Positions 1-11,912 of a stretch of DNA of 64,000 bases are shown piece after piece. The notes under the pieces are model-generated. The model had not been told where the DNA came from. It saw only the letters and a list, made by a program, of their open reading frames with translations, and did not search any database. The position numbers and the translations under genes are program-made. The DNA comes from Nitrospirota bacterium (GTDB lineage Bacteria > Nitrospirota > Thermodesulfovibrionia > Thermodesulfovibrionales > Dissulfurispiraceae), in assembly GCA_963710375.1 (NCBI GenBank), contig CAVPZX010000004.1, positions 224,001 through 288,000 of the forward strand, given 5' to 3'. Every line of letters begins with the position of its first letter. Positions within the stretch are counted from its first letter, which is position 1.

Positions 1-480
1 CTTGTCGGCATTTTTTGAATATGAAAGCCCGAGGCGGCTTGCCACCCTCAGTACATGAGTGTCCACGGCTATTGCCTGCTGTCCGAAAGCGCATCCGAGT
101 ATAACGTTAGCGGTCTTTCTTCCAACGCCCGGAAGGGTAATAAGCTGATCCATGGTCTGAGGGACACCCTCATGAAAGTCGCTTACCAATTTTCTGCAAC
201 ACTCGATAATCGTCTTTGCCTTGCTCCGGTAATAGGTTATGCTGGAGATTTCACGCTCGAGTTCTTCGCTATCTGATTGAGCGAAGTGTTCAGCGGTCTG
301 GTATCTCCTGAAGAGCGTTTCAGTAACCTGATTCACACGTTTATCAGGACACTGAGCGGAGAGGATGGTTGCGATAAGGAGCTCGAAAGGATTCCTGAAA
401 CGGAGGGCGATTGTGGGGTCAGGATATTTTTTGAACAGCTTGGTTATGATTTTTTTTGCCGAAGCTTTAGCGTCAGGCAT
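1..480 (-). CDS. nth: Endonuclease III (partial, runs off left edge)
   Basis: Manual minus-strand translation MPDAKASAKKIITKLFKKYPD...PFELLIATILSAQCPDKRVN...LPGVGRKTANVILG...AVDTHV shows the HhH-GPD motifs; absent from the ORF track. Confidence 0.9.
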   Translation of the reverse strand, partial: MPDAKASAKKIITKLFKKYPDPTIALRFRNPFELLIATILSAQCPDKRVNQVTETLFRRYQTAEHFAQSDSEELEREISSITYYRSKAKTIIECCRKLVSDFHEGVPQTMDQLITLPGVGRKTANVILGCAFGQQAIAVDTHVLRVASRLGLSYSKNADK

Positions 481-587
481 AATCGAAATTATATCACAAA
501 AATCAGCTTTATTTTTTTTCGAGACTTATGTTATGATTTTCTTTCCTGGTGTATCGGGAAGGTTGTAATGGAAGACTGCCTGATGAC

Positions 588-616
588 TTGACAAGAGAAT
601 ATTTCTCTGGTACACT
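588..616 (+). promoter_or_regulatory. sigma70 promoter of str operon
   Basis: TTGACA-17nt-TACACT upstream of rpsL. Confidence 0.7.
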
Positions 617-677
617 TAACGGGTTTTCCGGTAAATCGGAGCTTTTCATTAATCATTAGTTAATGTGTGGAGGAAAA

Positions 678-1049
678 GTGCCTACAATCGCACAGTTAGT
701 CAGGAACGGACGAAAGAAAGTTGAGAGGAAGACCAAGAGCCCGGCGCTCAAGAGCTGTCCGCAAAAGCGCGGAGTGTGTGTAAGGGTTTATACTACAACG
801 CCTAAAAAGCCGAACTCGGCTTTGAGGAAGGTGGCCAGGGTCAGGCTTACAAACGGGATGGAGGTAACCGCCTACATTCCGGGTGTCGGACATAACCTTC
901 AGGAGCATTCAATCGTCCTGATCAGAGGCGGCAGGGTCAAGGATCTTCCTGGTGTGAGATACCACATTCTGAGGGGGGCGCTTGATTGTGCAGGCGTAGC
1001 TGACAGGCGTCAGGGCAGGTCTAAGTACGGTGCAAAGAGACCCAAGTAA
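678..1049 (+). CDS. rpsL: 30S ribosomal protein S12
   Basis: PTIAQLVR...[11 protein letters not shown]...[16 protein letters not shown] start after GGAGG. Confidence 0.98.
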   Translation: MPTIAQLVRNGRKKVERKTKSPALKSCPQKRGVCVRVYTTTPKKPNSALRKVARVRLTNGMEVTAYIPGVGHNLQEHSIVLIRGGRVKDLPGVRYHILRGALDCAGVADRRQGRSKYGAKRPK

Positions 1050-1089
1050 GCAACAAAACAAAATTTAAACATAAACCGGAGTACTATAT

Positions 1090-1560
1090 ATGGCAAGAAG
1101 AAGAGTAGCTGAAAAAAGAGAGATTTTACCTGACCCGAAATACAGCAGCAAGCTTGTGAGCAGGTTTATGACCGTTCTGCTGAAGGATGGCAAAATGTCT
1201 ACTGCCGAGTCTATATGTTACGGTGCTTTCGATATTCTTAAGGACAAGACCGGCTCGGACCCGCTCAAGGTTTTCAAGGCTGCGGTTGAAAATGTGAAGC
1301 CTCTTCTCGAGGTGAAGCCGAGGAGGGTGGGTGGCGCGACTTACCAGGTCCCGATGGAGGTCAGGCCGCAGAGGAAAATTGCGCTAGCGCTTAGGTGGAT
1401 AGTAAGCTATGCCAGGCTCCGCAAGGAAAAAACAATGAGGGAGAGGATTGCCGCCGAATTGCTGGATGCATACAACAACACAGGCACTTCCATAAAGAAA
1501 AAAGAAGACACTCATAAAATGGCTGAGGCGAACAGAGCCTTTGCCCATTACCGTTGGTAA
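1090..1560 (+). CDS. rpsG: 30S ribosomal protein S7
   Basis: [26 protein letters not shown]. Confidence 0.98.
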   Translation: MARRRVAEKREILPDPKYSSKLVSRFMTVLLKDGKMSTAESICYGAFDILKDKTGSDPLKVFKAAVENVKPLLEVKPRRVGGATYQVPMEVRPQRKIALALRWIVSYARLRKEKTMRERIAAELLDAYNNTGTSIKKKEDTHKMAEANRAFAHYRW

Positions 1561-1568
1561 GGAGGAAT

Positions 1569-1601
1569 GGGGTCCGCGAAAAGTAGAAGACTTTTTGGGG
1601 C
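1569..1601 (-). repeat. REP-like palindromic element, copy 1
   Basis: Reverse complement GCCCCAAAAAGTCTTCTACTTTTCGCGGACCCC resembles copies at 17949, 19977, 36275. Confidence 0.65.
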
Positions 1602-1614
1602 TTGTTAGAACTGT

Positions 1615-3693
1615 ATGGCAAGAGCTGGTTTAGAAAAGACCCGTAATATAGGCATAATGGCTCACATCGATGCCGGAAAGACGACAACGACAGAGCGCAT
1701 ACTTTACTATACGGGTGTTACCTATAAGATCGGCGAAGTGCATGAAGGCACTGCTGTAATGGACTGGATGGTCCAGGAGCAGGAGCGGGGAATAACCATA
1801 ACCTCGGCTGCCACCACGTGCTTATGGAGAGATCACGTTATTAACATAATAGATACACCTGGTCATGTTGACTTTACCATAGAGGTCGAGCGTTCCCTGA
1901 GAGTGCTTGATGGCGCTGTCGCGGTATTTGATGCCGTGGCCGGCGTTGAGCCTCAATCCGAGACGGTATGGAGACAGGCCAATAAATACGAAGTGCCGAG
2001 GATCGCCTTTATGAACAAGATGGACAGGGTGGGAGCTGATTTTTTCCAGTCTGTTGAAAGCATGGTGCAGAGGTTGGGCGCCAATCCGGTCCCCGTCCAA
2101 ATACCTATAGGCAGCGAAGATAAATTGAGAGGCTCTATAGACCTTGTAACAATGAGGGCCTTCCTCTTCGATGATGAAACGCTCGGAGCAAAGTATGTCG
2201 AGGATGAGATTCCTGCCGAACTTGCAGCCAAGGCCAAGGAGTTCAGGGAAAAGATGATCGAGGCACTCGCCGATGTCGATGAGAAAATAATGGACAGGTA
2301 TCTCTCCGGAGAAGAAATTCCGGCAGCAGAGATCAGGAGTGCCCTTCGCCGGGGTACTATAGAGATGAAGCTTACCCCGGTGCTGTGCGGTTCCGCCTTT
2401 AAGAATAAGGGAGTACAGTTGCTGCTTGATGCAATTGTCGACTACCTGCCTTCTCCTTTGGATGTGCCCCCTATAGTGGGAAAACTGCCGTCCGATAGCA
2501 CCGAGGTTATAAGAAAGGCTTCTGACAGTGAGCCTTTTGCCGCTCTGGCGTTCAAAATAATGGCTGATAGCTTTGTCGGGCAGCTAACATTTGTAAGAGT
2601 GTACTCTGGAGTGCTTAGCGCGGGCTCTTATGTCTATAATTCTACAAAGGATGTGAAGGAAAGAATAGGCAGGATGGTCAAGATGCATGCAAATAAGAGA
2701 GAGGAAATAAAGGAGGTCAGGGCCGGCGATATAGCGGCAGTGGTTGGATTGAAGAGTACCCTGACCGGAGATACCCTCTGCGATGAGGACAACCCTGTCA
2801 TCCTCGAATCTATGGAGTTTCCGGATCCTGTCATATCAGTTGCGATTGAGCCAAAGACAAAGGCTGATCAGGAAAAACTTTCACACTCTATGGTAAAACT
2901 TGCACAGGAAGACCCTTCATTCAGGGTTTCCTATAATGAGGAGACCGGCCAGACTATTATTTCAGGCATGGGTGAACTCCATCTGGAAATAATAGTTGAC
3001 AGGTTATTAAGAGAATTCAAAGTCGGCGCCAATGTGGGCAAACCACAGGTGGCATACAAGGAAACGATAAAGGGCAACGCCAGGGTCGAAGGCAAATTTG
3101 TGCGTCAGTCAGGCGGCCGCGGCCAGTACGGTCATATATGGATTGATCTAGAGCCGCTTGAGCGTGGCCAGGGGTTTGAATTTGCAAACAAGATCGTGGG
3201 AGGCGCAATACCGAGAGAGTATGTCCCGGCTGTTGAAAAAGGAGTAAAAGAGGCCATGGTGGGCGGCGTGCTTGCAGGCTATCCACTTGTCGATGCAAAG
3301 GTATCGCTGATTGATGGATCGTATCATGAAGTCGATTCCTCTGAGATGGCTTTTAAAATAGCTGGATCCATGGCTTTGAAAGATGGAGCAAAAAAGGCGC
3401 AGTTAATTTTAATAGAGCCTATCATGAGCGTGGAAGTCGTTACTCCCGAGGAATATATGGGTGACGTCATCGGGGACTTGAATTCACGGCGGGGCAAAAT
3501 CCAGTCGATGGAACAAAGGTCAGGTGCTCAAGTGATAAAGGCGATGGTCCCCCTGGCTGAAATGTTCGGTTATTCTACAGACCTCAGATCAAAGACCCAG
3601 GGAAGGGCGACCTATACCATGCAATTTTCGAGTTATGAAGAAGTGCCGAAGAATATTATGGAAGGGATTGTAGCCAAAGTAAAGGGCGAATAG
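1615..3693 (+). CDS. fusA: Elongation factor G
   Basis: [26 protein letters not shown]; 692 aa. Confidence 0.98.
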   Translation: MARAGLEKTRNIGIMAHIDAGKTTTTERILYYTGVTYKIGEVHEGTAVMDWMVQEQERGITITSAATTCLWRDHVINIIDTPGHVDFTIEVERSLRVLDGAVAVFDAVAGVEPQSETVWRQANKYEVPRIAFMNKMDRVGADFFQSVESMVQRLGANPVPVQIPIGSEDKLRGSIDLVTMRAFLFDDETLGAKYVEDEIPAELAAKAKEFREKMIEALADVDEKIMDRYLSGEEIPAAEIRSALRRGTIEMKLTPVLCGSAFKNKGVQLLLDAIVDYLPSPLDVPPIVGKLPSDSTEVIRKASDSEPFAALAFKIMADSFVGQLTFVRVYSGVLSAGSYVYNSTKDVKERIGRMVKMHANKREEIKEVRAGDIAAVVGLKSTLTGDTLCDEDNPVILESMEFPDPVISVAIEPKTKADQEKLSHSMVKLAQEDPSFRVSYNEETGQTIISGMGELHLEIIVDRLLREFKVGANVGKPQVAYKETIKGNARVEGKFVRQSGGRGQYGHIWIDLEPLERGQGFEFANKIVGGAIPREYVPAVEKGVKEAMVGGVLAGYPLVDAKVSLIDGSYHEVDSSEMAFKIAGSMALKDGAKKAQLILIEPIMSVEVVTPEEYMGDVIGDLNSRRGKIQSMEQRSGAQVIKAMVPLAEMFGYSTDLRSKTQGRATYTMQFSSYEEVPKNIMEGIVAKVKGE

Positions 3694-3701
3694 GAGGAGA
3701 A

Positions 3702-4901
3702 ATGGCTAAGGCGAAATTTGAGAGGGTAAAGCCGCACGCGAACGTGGGGACGATAGGGCATGTTGACCATGGCAAGACGACATTGACGGCGGCGATAACC
3801 AAGGTATTAGCGATGAAGGGCCTGGCACAGTACAAGGCATATGATCAGATAGACAACGCGCCTGAAGAGAAGGCTCGTGGTATAACGATAGCGACAGCGC
3901 ATGTGGAGTACGAGACAGAGAAGCGTCACTATGCACATGTAGACTGTCCGGGGCATGCCGACTATGTAAAGAACATGATCACCGGTGCAGCGCAGATGGA
4001 CGGCGCGATATTGGTAGTGAGCGCAGCGGACGGGCCGATGCCGCAGACAAGGGAGCACATACTGCTGGCGCGTCAGGTAGGGGTGCCGTACATGGTGGTA
4101 TTTATGAATAAAGTGGACATGGTGGATGACCCTGAGCTATTGGACCTGGTGGAGCTTGAAGTAAGGGAGTTGTTGGTGAAGTACGGATTTCCGGGCAATG
4201 AGATACCTATAATAAGGGGCAGCGCGCTGAAGGCGATGGAGAGCCCGAGCAATGATCCCAATGCGCCTGAGTACAAGTGCATACTTGAGCTTGGCGATGC
4301 TGTTGACAGTTACATACCGACGCCAGAGCGGCCTGTGGACAAGCCGTTCATCATGCCGATAGAGGATGTATTTTCGATATCTGGAAGGGGCACGGTAGTG
4401 ACAGGAAGGGTAGAGCGCGGGATAGTGAAGGTAGGAGAGGAAGTAGAGATAGTGGGGTTGAGGGAGACGAGGAAGACAGTGGCTACCGGGGTGGAGATGT
4501 TCAGGAAGCTGCTGGATGAAGGGCGTGCCGGAGACAATATAGGGGTACTGCTCAGGGGAACAGGGAAGGACGAAGTGGAGAGGGGCATGGTGCTGGCAAA
4601 GCCGGGCAGTATAACCCCGCACACGAAGTTCAAGGCAGAGGCGTACATACTGACGAAGGAAGAGGGGGGCAGACACACCCCGTTTTTCAACGGATATCGT
4701 CCGCAGTTCTATTTCAGGACAACGGACGTGACAGGGGTGGCGACGTTGCCTGAGGGGATAGAGATGGTAATGCCTGGCGACAATGTAACGATATCGGTAG
4801 AGATGATAGCGCCCATAGCGATGGAGAAGGAACTGCGGTTTGCCATACGCGAGGGCGGCAGGACAGTTGGCGCCGGTGTTGTTACGGAAATACTGGAGTA
4901 A
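3702..4901 (+). CDS. tuf: Elongation factor Tu
   Basis: [29 protein letters not shown]. Confidence 0.99.
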   Translation: MAKAKFERVKPHANVGTIGHVDHGKTTLTAAITKVLAMKGLAQYKAYDQIDNAPEEKARGITIATAHVEYETEKRHYAHVDCPGHADYVKNMITGAAQMDGAILVVSAADGPMPQTREHILLARQVGVPYMVVFMNKVDMVDDPELLDLVELEVRELLVKYGFPGNEIPIIRGSALKAMESPSNDPNAPEYKCILELGDAVDSYIPTPERPVDKPFIMPIEDVFSISGRGTVVTGRVERGIVKVGEEVEIVGLRETRKTVATGVEMFRKLLDEGRAGDNIGVLLRGTGKDEVERGMVLAKPGSITPHTKFKAEAYILTKEEGGRHTPFFNGYRPQFYFRTTDVTGVATLPEGIEMVMPGDNVTISVEMIAPIAMEKELRFAIREGGRTVGAGVVTEILE

Positions 4902-4903
4902 TT

Positions 4904-5212
4904 GTGGTGAATCAAAAAATAAGAATAAAATTGAAAGCGTATGACCACAGGCTGCTTGACCAGTCTGTAAAGGAAATTGTTGATACTGCGCAGAGGACAG
5001 GCGCCAGGGTTTCGGGACCGGTGCCTTTACCGACCCAGATCAGCAAATATACCGTACTGAGGTCGCCTCATGTTGACAAGAAGTCCAGAGAACAATTCGA
5101 GATACGGACACATAAACGGCTTGTCGATATTTATGATCCTACCCCGGATACTGTGGACGCGTTGATGAAGCTTGAGCTTGCCTCAGGGGTAGATGTGGAG
5201 ATAAAGCTATGA
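4904..5212 (+). CDS. rpsJ: 30S ribosomal protein S10
   Basis: [29 protein letters not shown]. Confidence 0.98.
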   Translation: MVNQKIRIKLKAYDHRLLDQSVKEIVDTAQRTGARVSGPVPLPTQISKYTVLRSPHVDKKSREQFEIRTHKRLVDIYDPTPDTVDALMKLELASGVDVEIKL

Positions 5213-5823
5213 CAGGAATCCTTGGCAAGAAACTCGGAATGACACAGGTATTTACCGAAGATGGAAGGTTGATACCTGTGACTGTAGTTGAGGCGGGTCC
5301 GTGCTGCGTTGTGCAGGTCAAGACATCTGAAAAGGACGGCTATGAGGCGGTCAAACTCGGGTTTGTCGAAGAGCGGAAGGCGAAGAACGTTGGTAAGCCT
5401 ATGGCAGGCGTTTTTAAAAAGGCCGGGACCGCTGCCTTTAAAGTGCTGAAAGAGTTTCCAATGACCGGGCTTAAGGTCGGCGATATGATAAAGTCGGAGA
5501 GCTTTGCCAAGGGCGACATTGTATCGGTATCGGGCATATCAAAGGGCAAAGGGTTTCAGGGTGTCATGAAGCGGCACAATTTTAAAGGCGGGCCGGGCTC
5601 ACATGGTTCAATGTTCAACAGAGCGCCTGGCTCGATCGGCGGGAGCTCTTACCCTTCGAGAGTGTGGAAGGGAATGAGGATGGCAGGGCATATGGGGTGC
5701 GACCGGGTGACTGTTCAGAACATGACTGTTGTTGATGTGCGTCCTGAGCAGAACCTCTTGCTTATAAAAGGCGCCATACCCGGGTCTGCGAATACGATAA
5801 TAGAGATTCGAAAGGGAAGATAA
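5209..5823 (+). CDS. rplC: 50S ribosomal protein L3
   Basis: [23 protein letters not shown]. Confidence 0.97.
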   Translation: MTGILGKKLGMTQVFTEDGRLIPVTVVEAGPCCVVQVKTSEKDGYEAVKLGFVEERKAKNVGKPMAGVFKKAGTAAFKVLKEFPMTGLKVGDMIKSESFAKGDIVSVSGISKGKGFQGVMKRHNFKGGPGSHGSMFNRAPGSIGGSSYPSRVWKGMRMAGHMGCDRVTVQNMTVVDVRPEQNLLLIKGAIPGSANTIIEIRKGR

Positions 5824-5824
5824 G

Positions 5825-6466
5825 ATGCAGCCAGATAACATGAGTATTGAAATTAAGGACGTTAATAATAAGGTCAAGGGTACTATGAACCTTGCCGGCT
5901 CGGTTTTTGCCAATGAAGCTTCCGATTCAGTGGTGCATACATCCGTTGTAACGTTCCTTGCTAATCAGAGGCAGGGGACCCATGCTACCAAGACAAGGGG
6001 GATGGTGAGCGGTGGCGGCAAGAAGCCCTGGAAGCAGAAACATACAGGAAGGGCCAGGCAGGGCAGCACGAGGGCCCCTCAATGGCGGAGTGGAGGCATT
6101 GCTTTTGGCCCTCAGCCTCGGGACTATTCAGTAAGGCTTCCGAAGCAGTTGAGGAAGGTAGCCCTCTTTAAGGCATTGACAATGAAACTTGCAGATGGCC
6201 AGGTGGTGCTGCTTGATGCCTTATCACTCGATAAGCCGAAGACAAAGGATATGATACAAGTTCTCAGCAATCTCGGTTTGGCCGACAAAACGGTGCTCAT
6301 AGTATTGCCTGAAAGCGATAAAAATATAATATGCTCGACAAGGAACATTCCCGGAGTTGATGTTGTCAGGGCGTCCGATCTTAATGCGTACGCGGTGGCA
6401 GTATATGATAATGTTGTTTTTACTGCTGATGCGCTGGCGAAACTGTCCGCCCGGGCGGATGAATAA
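5825..6466 (+). CDS. rplD: 50S ribosomal protein L4
   Basis: RQGTHATKTRGMVSGGGKKPWKQKHTGRARQGS. Confidence 0.97.
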   Translation: MQPDNMSIEIKDVNNKVKGTMNLAGSVFANEASDSVVHTSVVTFLANQRQGTHATKTRGMVSGGGKKPWKQKHTGRARQGSTRAPQWRSGGIAFGPQPRDYSVRLPKQLRKVALFKALTMKLADGQVVLLDALSLDKPKTKDMIQVLSNLGLADKTVLIVLPESDKNIICSTRNIPGVDVVRASDLNAYAVAVYDNVVFTADALAKLSARADE

Positions 6467-6475
6467 GGAGTTGCT

Positions 6476-6766
6476 ATGAAGAGAATTTACGACATTATAA
6501 AAAAACCTCTCTTTAATGAGAAAGGCATGGACATGAAAGAGAGGGAGAATAAAATTCTTGTTGAAATCGATCCAAGGGCCAATAAGCATGAAGTAAAGAA
6601 AGCCATGGAAGAAATATTTAAGGTAAAGGTCGAAAAGGTTGCCACGATAAATGTCAGTGGAAAACTAAAACGGTTCGGAAAGTCTATCGGCAGAAGGTCC
6701 GACAGGAAGAAGGCCATAATCACATTGAAACAGGGTGAAAAGCTCGACTTTATTGAGGGTGCGTAA
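6476..6766 (+). CDS. rplW: 50S ribosomal protein L23
   Basis: ANKHEVKKA, KKAIITL; operon position. Confidence 0.96.
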   Translation: MKRIYDIIKKPLFNEKGMDMKERENKILVEIDPRANKHEVKKAMEEIFKVKVEKVATINVSGKLKRFGKSIGRRSDRKKAIITLKQGEKLDFIEGA

Positions 6767-7585
6767 ATGGGAATAAGAAAGTTTAATCCGACATCTGCCG
6801 GCAGAAGGTTCCAGAGTTCATCAGATTACAGCGACATAACAACCGATAGACCTCATAAACCTCTTACAGCGCCACTCAGGAAGAGCGGCGGCAGGAACAA
6901 TACCGGCGAGGTTACAAGCTGGCAGAGGGGAGGGGGCAACAAGCGGCAGTACAGGATTATTGATTTTAACCGTAATAAGATCGGCATTCCGGCAACGGTT
7001 GCAACTATAGAGTATGACCCCAACAGGTCTGCCCGCATCGCGCTTCTGAAGTATAAGGATGGCGAGTACCGCTACATCCTGGCGCCTGTCGGGCTGAGTG
7101 TGGGAGATAGCGTTATGTCGGGGCCGAATGCCGAAATTAAAGCTGGCAATGCATTAACTATAAAGGGAATACCTCTCGGTACCATGATACATAACATTGA
7201 GTTGAATCCCGGCCAGGGCGCCAAACTTGTCAGAGGCGCAGGGGCCGCTGCTCAACTGGTTGCCAAAGAGGGGGAATATGCCCAGATAAAGCTGCCATCA
7301 GGCGAGGCGAGGTATGTGATGGCCTCTTGCATGGCAACAATCGGCCAGGTGGGGAATGTCGAGTATGAAAATATTTCTTACGGAAAGGCCGGCAGGAAAC
7401 GCTATCTGGGGAAAAGGCCTCATGTGAGAGGAGTAGTTATGAACCCTCATGATCATCCGCTCGGCGGCGGAGAAGGCAGAACTTCCGGCGGCAGGCCTCC
7501 ATGCTCACCTTGGGGAAAGCCGGAAGGTGTAAAGACAAGACACAATAAGAAGACTGATAGATTGATAGTGAAAAGAAGAAAATAA
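6767..7585 (+). CDS. rplB: 50S ribosomal protein L2
   Basis: [30 protein letters not shown]. Confidence 0.98.
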   Translation: MGIRKFNPTSAGRRFQSSSDYSDITTDRPHKPLTAPLRKSGGRNNTGEVTSWQRGGGNKRQYRIIDFNRNKIGIPATVATIEYDPNRSARIALLKYKDGEYRYILAPVGLSVGDSVMSGPNAEIKAGNALTIKGIPLGTMIHNIELNPGQGAKLVRGAGAAAQLVAKEGEYAQIKLPSGEARYVMASCMATIGQVGNVEYENISYGKAGRKRYLGKRPHVRGVVMNPHDHPLGGGEGRTSGGRPPCSPWGKPEGVKTRHNKKTDRLIVKRRK

Positions 7586-7588
7586 GAA

Positions 7589-7705
7589 CGTGAATGGTGA
7601 ATCGTGAATAGTGAATGGCAAAACATAAAGACTGTTAATAATACTGACTGTATGACGCTCTTATACAAGCCGTCACGATTCACTATTCACGATTCACCAT
7701 TCACG
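7589..7705. repeat. Perfect 28-bp inverted repeat of 4 heptamers (NGTGAAT), 61-nt loop
   Basis: 7589-7616 CGTGAATGGTGAATCGTGAATAGTGAAT is the exact reverse complement of 7678-7705. Confidence 0.9.
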
Positions 7706-7722
7706 AATTAAAGGAGGATTAC

Positions 7723-8010
7723 GTGCCACGATCCTTAAAAAAGGGGCCATTTGTTGAGCCCAAACTGCTGAAAAAAGTCTTGTTGGTGACAGGCGCTGGT
7801 GACAAGAGGATGATTAAGACATGGTCAAGGCGTTCTACGATTGTGCCTGAATTTATAGGGCTGACTTTTGCTGTTCATAACGGTAAAAAATTTATCCCGG
7901 TTTATGTCACTGAGAACATGGTGGGACACAAACTAGGTGAATTTTCGCCAACAAGGACATTTAGAGGGCATTCGGGCTCAGCAGCTAAGGCTGCTGCGAC
8001 GAAAGGTTAA
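7723..8010 (+). CDS. rpsS: 30S ribosomal protein S19
   Basis: [21 protein letters not shown]. Confidence 0.98.
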   Translation: MPRSLKKGPFVEPKLLKKVLLVTGAGDKRMIKTWSRRSTIVPEFIGLTFAVHNGKKFIPVYVTENMVGHKLGEFSPTRTFRGHSGSAAKAAATKG

Positions 8011-8016
8011 TTGATT

Positions 8017-8352
8017 ATGCTATCGAAAGCGATATTGCGACATGCGAAAATGACCCCGCGGAAAGCCAGAAGGGTAGTGGACCTTATCAGGGGCAAGAGG
8101 GCAGCCGATGCGCTGGTTTCACTCAGATTTATGCCATACAGAGGGGCACGCTCTGTTGAAAAGCTTCTGAAGTCCGCAATGGCAAACGCAGAACAAAAAG
8201 ACACTCAGGTAGACATCGACAAATTGAAAATTAAGACGGCTTTTGTAGATAATGGTCCTTTTATGAAACGGATGGAGCCGAGATCTATGGGAAGAGCCAA
8301 TGTCATTAAGAAGAGATCTTGTCATATAACCATTATTCTTTCGGAGGAATGA
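8017..8352 (+). CDS. rplV: 50S ribosomal protein L22
   Basis: TPRKARRVVDLIRGK, SAMANAE. Confidence 0.97.
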   Translation: MLSKAILRHAKMTPRKARRVVDLIRGKRAADALVSLRFMPYRGARSVEKLLKSAMANAEQKDTQVDIDKLKIKTAFVDNGPFMKRMEPRSMGRANVIKKRSCHITIILSEE

Positions 8353-8388
8353 AAATGAAGTATTGTCATATGGACTGGGGGTGCTGAT

Positions 8389-9045
8389 TTGGGTCAGAAG
8401 ACGAATCCTATAGGTAATAGACTGGGCATTATACGGACCTGGGAATCAAGGTGGTTTCTTAAAAAGGGATACCAGCATCAGCTCCTGGAAGACATAGAGG
8501 TGCGCAAGTCAATAAAGAAGAAGCTCTTCCACGCAGGTGTCTCAAGAATAGAGATAGAACGGCCTGGTCAAAAACTGAAGGTCATAATACATACCGCCCG
8601 GCCTGGCATTATTATCGGCAAAAAGGGCGCTGAAGTTGAAAAGCTGAAGAAGGAACTGGAAGATGCAACGAAAAAACAGGTTGCAATCGATATAAAAGAG
8701 ATCAGGAAACCGGAAGTGGATGCGCAGCTTGTGTCCGAGAATATAGCGCTTCAGCTGGAAAAGAGGGTCGCATTCAGGAGGGCGCTCAAGCGGGCGGTGG
8801 CCTCAGCTGTCAGGTTCGGTGCGCTGGGTATCAAGGTCCAGTGTTCGGGGAGGCTGGCCGGTGCTGAAATTGCCAGAACGGAGTGGTATAGAGAAGGAAG
8901 GGTGCCTCTAAGCACCTTCAGGGCAAATATAGATTACGGATTTGCGGAAGCACGGACGACATTCGGCGCAATTGGTATAAAGGTATGGCTTTATCATGGC
9001 GATATACTCGCTGAACCACCGGTTGCCGCCTTATTAAGCGAATAA
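8389..9045 (+). CDS. rpsC: 30S ribosomal protein S3
   Basis: [29 protein letters not shown] start. Confidence 0.98.
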   Translation: MGQKTNPIGNRLGIIRTWESRWFLKKGYQHQLLEDIEVRKSIKKKLFHAGVSRIEIERPGQKLKVIIHTARPGIIIGKKGAEVEKLKKELEDATKKQVAIDIKEIRKPEVDAQLVSENIALQLEKRVAFRRALKRAVASAVRFGALGIKVQCSGRLAGAEIARTEWYREGRVPLSTFRANIDYGFAEARTTFGAIGIKVWLYHGDILAEPPVAALLSE

Positions 9046-9060
9046 TCAGGAGAGTAAGAT

Positions 9061-9480
9061 ATGCTGGCACCAAAAAAAGTTAAATTTAGAAAAATGATGA
9101 AAGGCAATATGAACGGCAAGGCATACCGTGGCTCGGACGTCAGCTTTGGTGAGTTCGCTATGAAAGCTACGGAGCCTGGCTGGATAACGAGCCGCCAGAT
9201 AGAGGCCGCCAGGGTTGCCATAACTCGACATGCCAAGAAAGGCTGCAAGGTATGGATAAGGATTTTCCCGGATAAGCCTATAACCAAGAAGCCCGCCGAA
9301 ACAAGAATGGGTAAAGGCAAAGGCAATCCGGAGTACTGGGTTGCGGTTGTCAGTCCCGGAAGAATACTGTATGAGGTTTCAGGGGTTTCAGAAGATATTG
9401 CAAAAGAGGCATTCAAGCTTGCATCAAGGAAACTGTCTATTGCTACAAAATTTGTCGCTAGAGAGGTGGCAGTGTTATGA
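9061..9480 (+). CDS. rplP: 50S ribosomal protein L16
   Basis: [15 protein letters not shown]. Confidence 0.98.
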   Translation: MLAPKKVKFRKMMKGNMNGKAYRGSDVSFGEFAMKATEPGWITSRQIEAARVAITRHAKKGCKVWIRIFPDKPITKKPAETRMGKGKGNPEYWVAVVSPGRILYEVSGVSEDIAKEAFKLASRKLSIATKFVAREVAVL

Positions 9481-9701
9481 AACCTTCTGAAGTAAGGGCG
9501 TTATCTATAGAGGAATTGAGGCAGAAAGAGATGGACTTGCGGAAGGAGCTGTTCAACCTCAGGTTTCAGCTTTCGAAGGGTGAATTGCAGAACAATAGCA
9601 GAGTACTTGCAGTGCGCAAGGACATAGCGAAAGTGCTGACGGTCATTACTGAAAAGGAGCCTCATGCGGAGACCGGCAAAGGAGGCGCCAAAAATGCCTA
9701 A
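9477..9701 (+). CDS. rpmC: 50S ribosomal protein L29
   Basis: [17 protein letters not shown]. Confidence 0.95.
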   Translation: MKPSEVRALSIEELRQKEMDLRKELFNLRFQLSKGELQNNSRVLAVRKDIAKVLTVITEKEPHAETGKGGAKNA

Positions 9702-9942
9702 GAAGACATACACAGGTAAAGTAGTCAGCGATAAGATGGACAAGACGGTTGTGGTAGCGGTTACCAGGACTTTTCAACACCCGATCTATCTTAAAACTGT
9801 CAAGAAGGTCACCAAGCTCAAAGCTCACGACGAGGAGAATAAATGTAAGGCGGGCGATGTGGTCGAGATTGTTGAAAGCAGGCCGCTTAGTGCGGACAAA
9901 CGGTGGCAGGTGATCAAAATCGTTAAAGGCGAGGGTAAGTAA
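9694..9942 (+). CDS. rpsQ: 30S ribosomal protein S17
   Basis: [20 protein letters not shown]; start moved to ATG after GGAGG. Confidence 0.97.
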   Translation: MPKKTYTGKVVSDKMDKTVVVAVTRTFQHPIYLKTVKKVTKLKAHDEENKCKAGDVVEIVESRPLSADKRWQVIKIVKGEGK

Positions 9943-10311
9943 ATGATACAAAATTTAAGCATCCTTGAGGTGGCGGACAACTCGGGTGCCAAGAGGGTCC
10001 AGTGCATAAGAGTCCTCGGGGGGTCCAATAGAAGGTATGCCCGGCTTGGCGATATCATAGTGGTGAGCGTTAAAGAAGCGATTCCCGAAGGCAATGTGAA
10101 AAAGGGCGCCGTGTCCAAGGCTGTTGTGGTGAGGACTAAAAAAGAAACGAAACGTCCTGACGGCTCATACATAAGGTTTGACCAGAATGCTGTTGTGCTT
10201 TTAAACCCACAGATGGAACCCGTTGGAACGAGAATTTTCGGACCGGTTGCTCGAGAGCTTAGATGGAAGGAATTCATGAAGATAATATCGCTTGCTCCCG
10301 AGGTACTATAA
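9943..10311 (+). CDS. rplN: 50S ribosomal protein L14
   Basis: [21 protein letters not shown]. Confidence 0.98.
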   Translation: MIQNLSILEVADNSGAKRVQCIRVLGGSNRRYARLGDIIVVSVKEAIPEGNVKKGAVSKAVVVRTKKETKRPDGSYIRFDQNAVVLLNPQMEPVGTRIFGPVARELRWKEFMKIISLAPEVL

Positions 10312-10327
10312 TAGTGAGGAGGATACA

Positions 10328-10645
10328 GTGGGGTTAGGAATAAAAAAGGGCGATACCGCCATGGTGACGACCGGAAAAAATAGGGGCAAAAAGGGAAGAG
10401 TGCTTTCAGTGTCCCGGGCTGCTGAAAAGGTTACGATTGAAGGTATAAATATTGTTAAAAGGCATACCAAGCCCAACAAGAAATATGCTCAAGGCGGCAT
10501 CATCGAAAAAGAAGGTCCCATTCATATATCAAACGTGATGTTCTTATGCCCGAAATGCGGCAAGCCGACAAGGATAGGCAATACAGTCCTTGATAACGGC
10601 AGTAAGCTCAGGACATGCAAAAAGTGCAAGGAGGTTTTAGATTAG
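10328..10645 (+). CDS. rplX: 50S ribosomal protein L24
   Basis: KOW motif IKKGD...[17 protein letters not shown]. Confidence 0.96.
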   Translation: MGLGIKKGDTAMVTTGKNRGKKGRVLSVSRAAEKVTIEGINIVKRHTKPNKKYAQGGIIEKEGPIHISNVMFLCPKCGKPTRIGNTVLDNGSKLRTCKKCKEVLD

Positions 10646-10647
10646 TC

Positions 10648-11190
10648 ATGGCGCCGCGTCTTATGGAAAAATATGCAACGGAAGTAATACCTGTGATCAT
10701 GAAGGAGTTTTCATATAAAAATATTATGCAGGTCCCTAAACTGCAGAAGATTGTCGTTCATGTTACTCTTGGCGAAGCCACTCAGAACATCAAGCTTCTC
10801 GAAGCAGCTGAAAAGGAACTTGCTGCTATTACCGGGCAGAAGCCGCTGGTCACGAAATCAAAGAAGGCCATCGCAGGTTTCAAGCTCAAGGAGGGCGTTC
10901 CGCTCGGTTGCAAGGTCACGCTGCGGGGAGAGCGGATGTATGAATTTTTTGACAGGTTGATCAATGTTGCTTTGCCGAGAATCAGAGATTTCAGGGGGCT
11001 GTCTACAAAATCCTTTGACGGAAGGGGAAATTATTCTTTCGGCCTGAAGGAGCAGTACATATTTCCTGAGATCGATTACGATAAAGTTGAGATGGTGCAT
11101 GGGCTCGACATAACCATGTGCACTTCAGCAAAAAACGATACCGAATGCAAATCGTTGCTCAGGCATATGGGTATCCCTTTCAGAAAGTAA
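10648..11190 (+). CDS. rplE: 50S ribosomal protein L5
   Basis: [17 protein letters not shown]. Confidence 0.97.
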   Translation: MAPRLMEKYATEVIPVIMKEFSYKNIMQVPKLQKIVVHVTLGEATQNIKLLEAAEKELAAITGQKPLVTKSKKAIAGFKLKEGVPLGCKVTLRGERMYEFFDRLINVALPRIRDFRGLSTKSFDGRGNYSFGLKEQYIFPEIDYDKVEMVHGLDITMCTSAKNDTECKSLLRHMGIPFRK

Positions 11191-11202
11191 AGGAGGAGTT
11201 TG

Positions 11203-11388
11203 GTGGCAAAGACATGTTTAATTGAGAAAAGCAACAGGGCGCCCAAGTTTAAGGTACGGGCCTATAACCGGTGCAAGTCATGCGGTAGACCGAGAGGCTA
11301 CTTAAGGAAGTTCGGACTTTGCAGGATATGCTTCAGGACATTAGCCCTCAGGGGATTCATCCCCGGGGTTACAAAATCGAGCTGGTAG
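11203..11388 (+). CDS. rpsN: 30S ribosomal protein S14, Zn-binding type Z
   Basis: [10 protein letters not shown]...LCRICFR. Confidence 0.96.
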   Translation: MAKTCLIEKSNRAPKFKVRAYNRCKSCGRPRGYLRKFGLCRICFRTLALRGFIPGVTKSSW

Positions 11389-11398
11389 GGGTGCAGGC

Positions 11399-11794
11399 AT
11401 GATGACCGATCCGATTGCTGATATGCTGACCAGAATGAGGAACACCCTCCTTATCAGGACAGAGAAGGTAGATATTCCGGCCTCTAGGATGAAGGTGGAA
11501 TTGGCAAAGATTTTAAAAGAAGAGGGTTTTATAAAATCATATAAAATTATAAAAGACAAAAAACAGGGCATGCTGCGGGTGACCCTTAAATATACGACAG
11601 ATAATAGTCCGGTTATCAGCGGCCTGAAGAGGATCAGTAAACCCGGCAGGAGAGTATATGCCGGCAAAGATGAGGTCCCAAAGGTCATGGACGGTGTTGG
11701 GATCGCTATCCTTACTACCTCGATGGGAGTCCTCAGCGATAAGTCATGTCGCCGGGAAGGTGTTGGCGGAGAGGTGCTCTGTTATGTTTGGTAA
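11399..11794 (+). CDS. rpsH: 30S ribosomal protein S8
   Basis: [30 protein letters not shown]. Confidence 0.98.
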   Translation: MMTDPIADMLTRMRNTLLIRTEKVDIPASRMKVELAKILKEEGFIKSYKIIKDKKQGMLRVTLKYTTDNSPVISGLKRISKPGRRVYAGKDEVPKVMDGVGIAILTTSMGVLSDKSCRREGVGGEVLCYVW

Positions 11795-11799
11795 TGAGT

Positions 11800-11894
11800 A
11801 CAGGTTAAGGCTGAGGCTGAGGTTAAGGAAAAAAGACTAAATGAGCGAGAATTGCTTGCCCTAACCCTAACCCTTAACCTTAACCTAAACCTGT
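11800..11894. repeat. Inverted tandem hexamer repeat (AGGYTR / YTAACC) hairpin
   Basis: ACAGGTTAAGGCTGAGGCTGAGGTTAAGG ... CCCTAACCCTAACCCTTAACCTTAACCTAAACCTGT between rpsH and rplF. Confidence 0.8.
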
Positions 11895-11912
11895 TTTTTG
11901 GAGGAGAAATAG

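Noticed and set aside
55..591. Plus-strand ORFs of 73, 104 and 67 aa
   Set aside because: Shadows of the minus-strand nth gene and its promoter region
11859..11893. CCCTAA telomere-like repeats
   Set aside because: Only the right arm of the hexamer hairpin; internal to a bacterial operon
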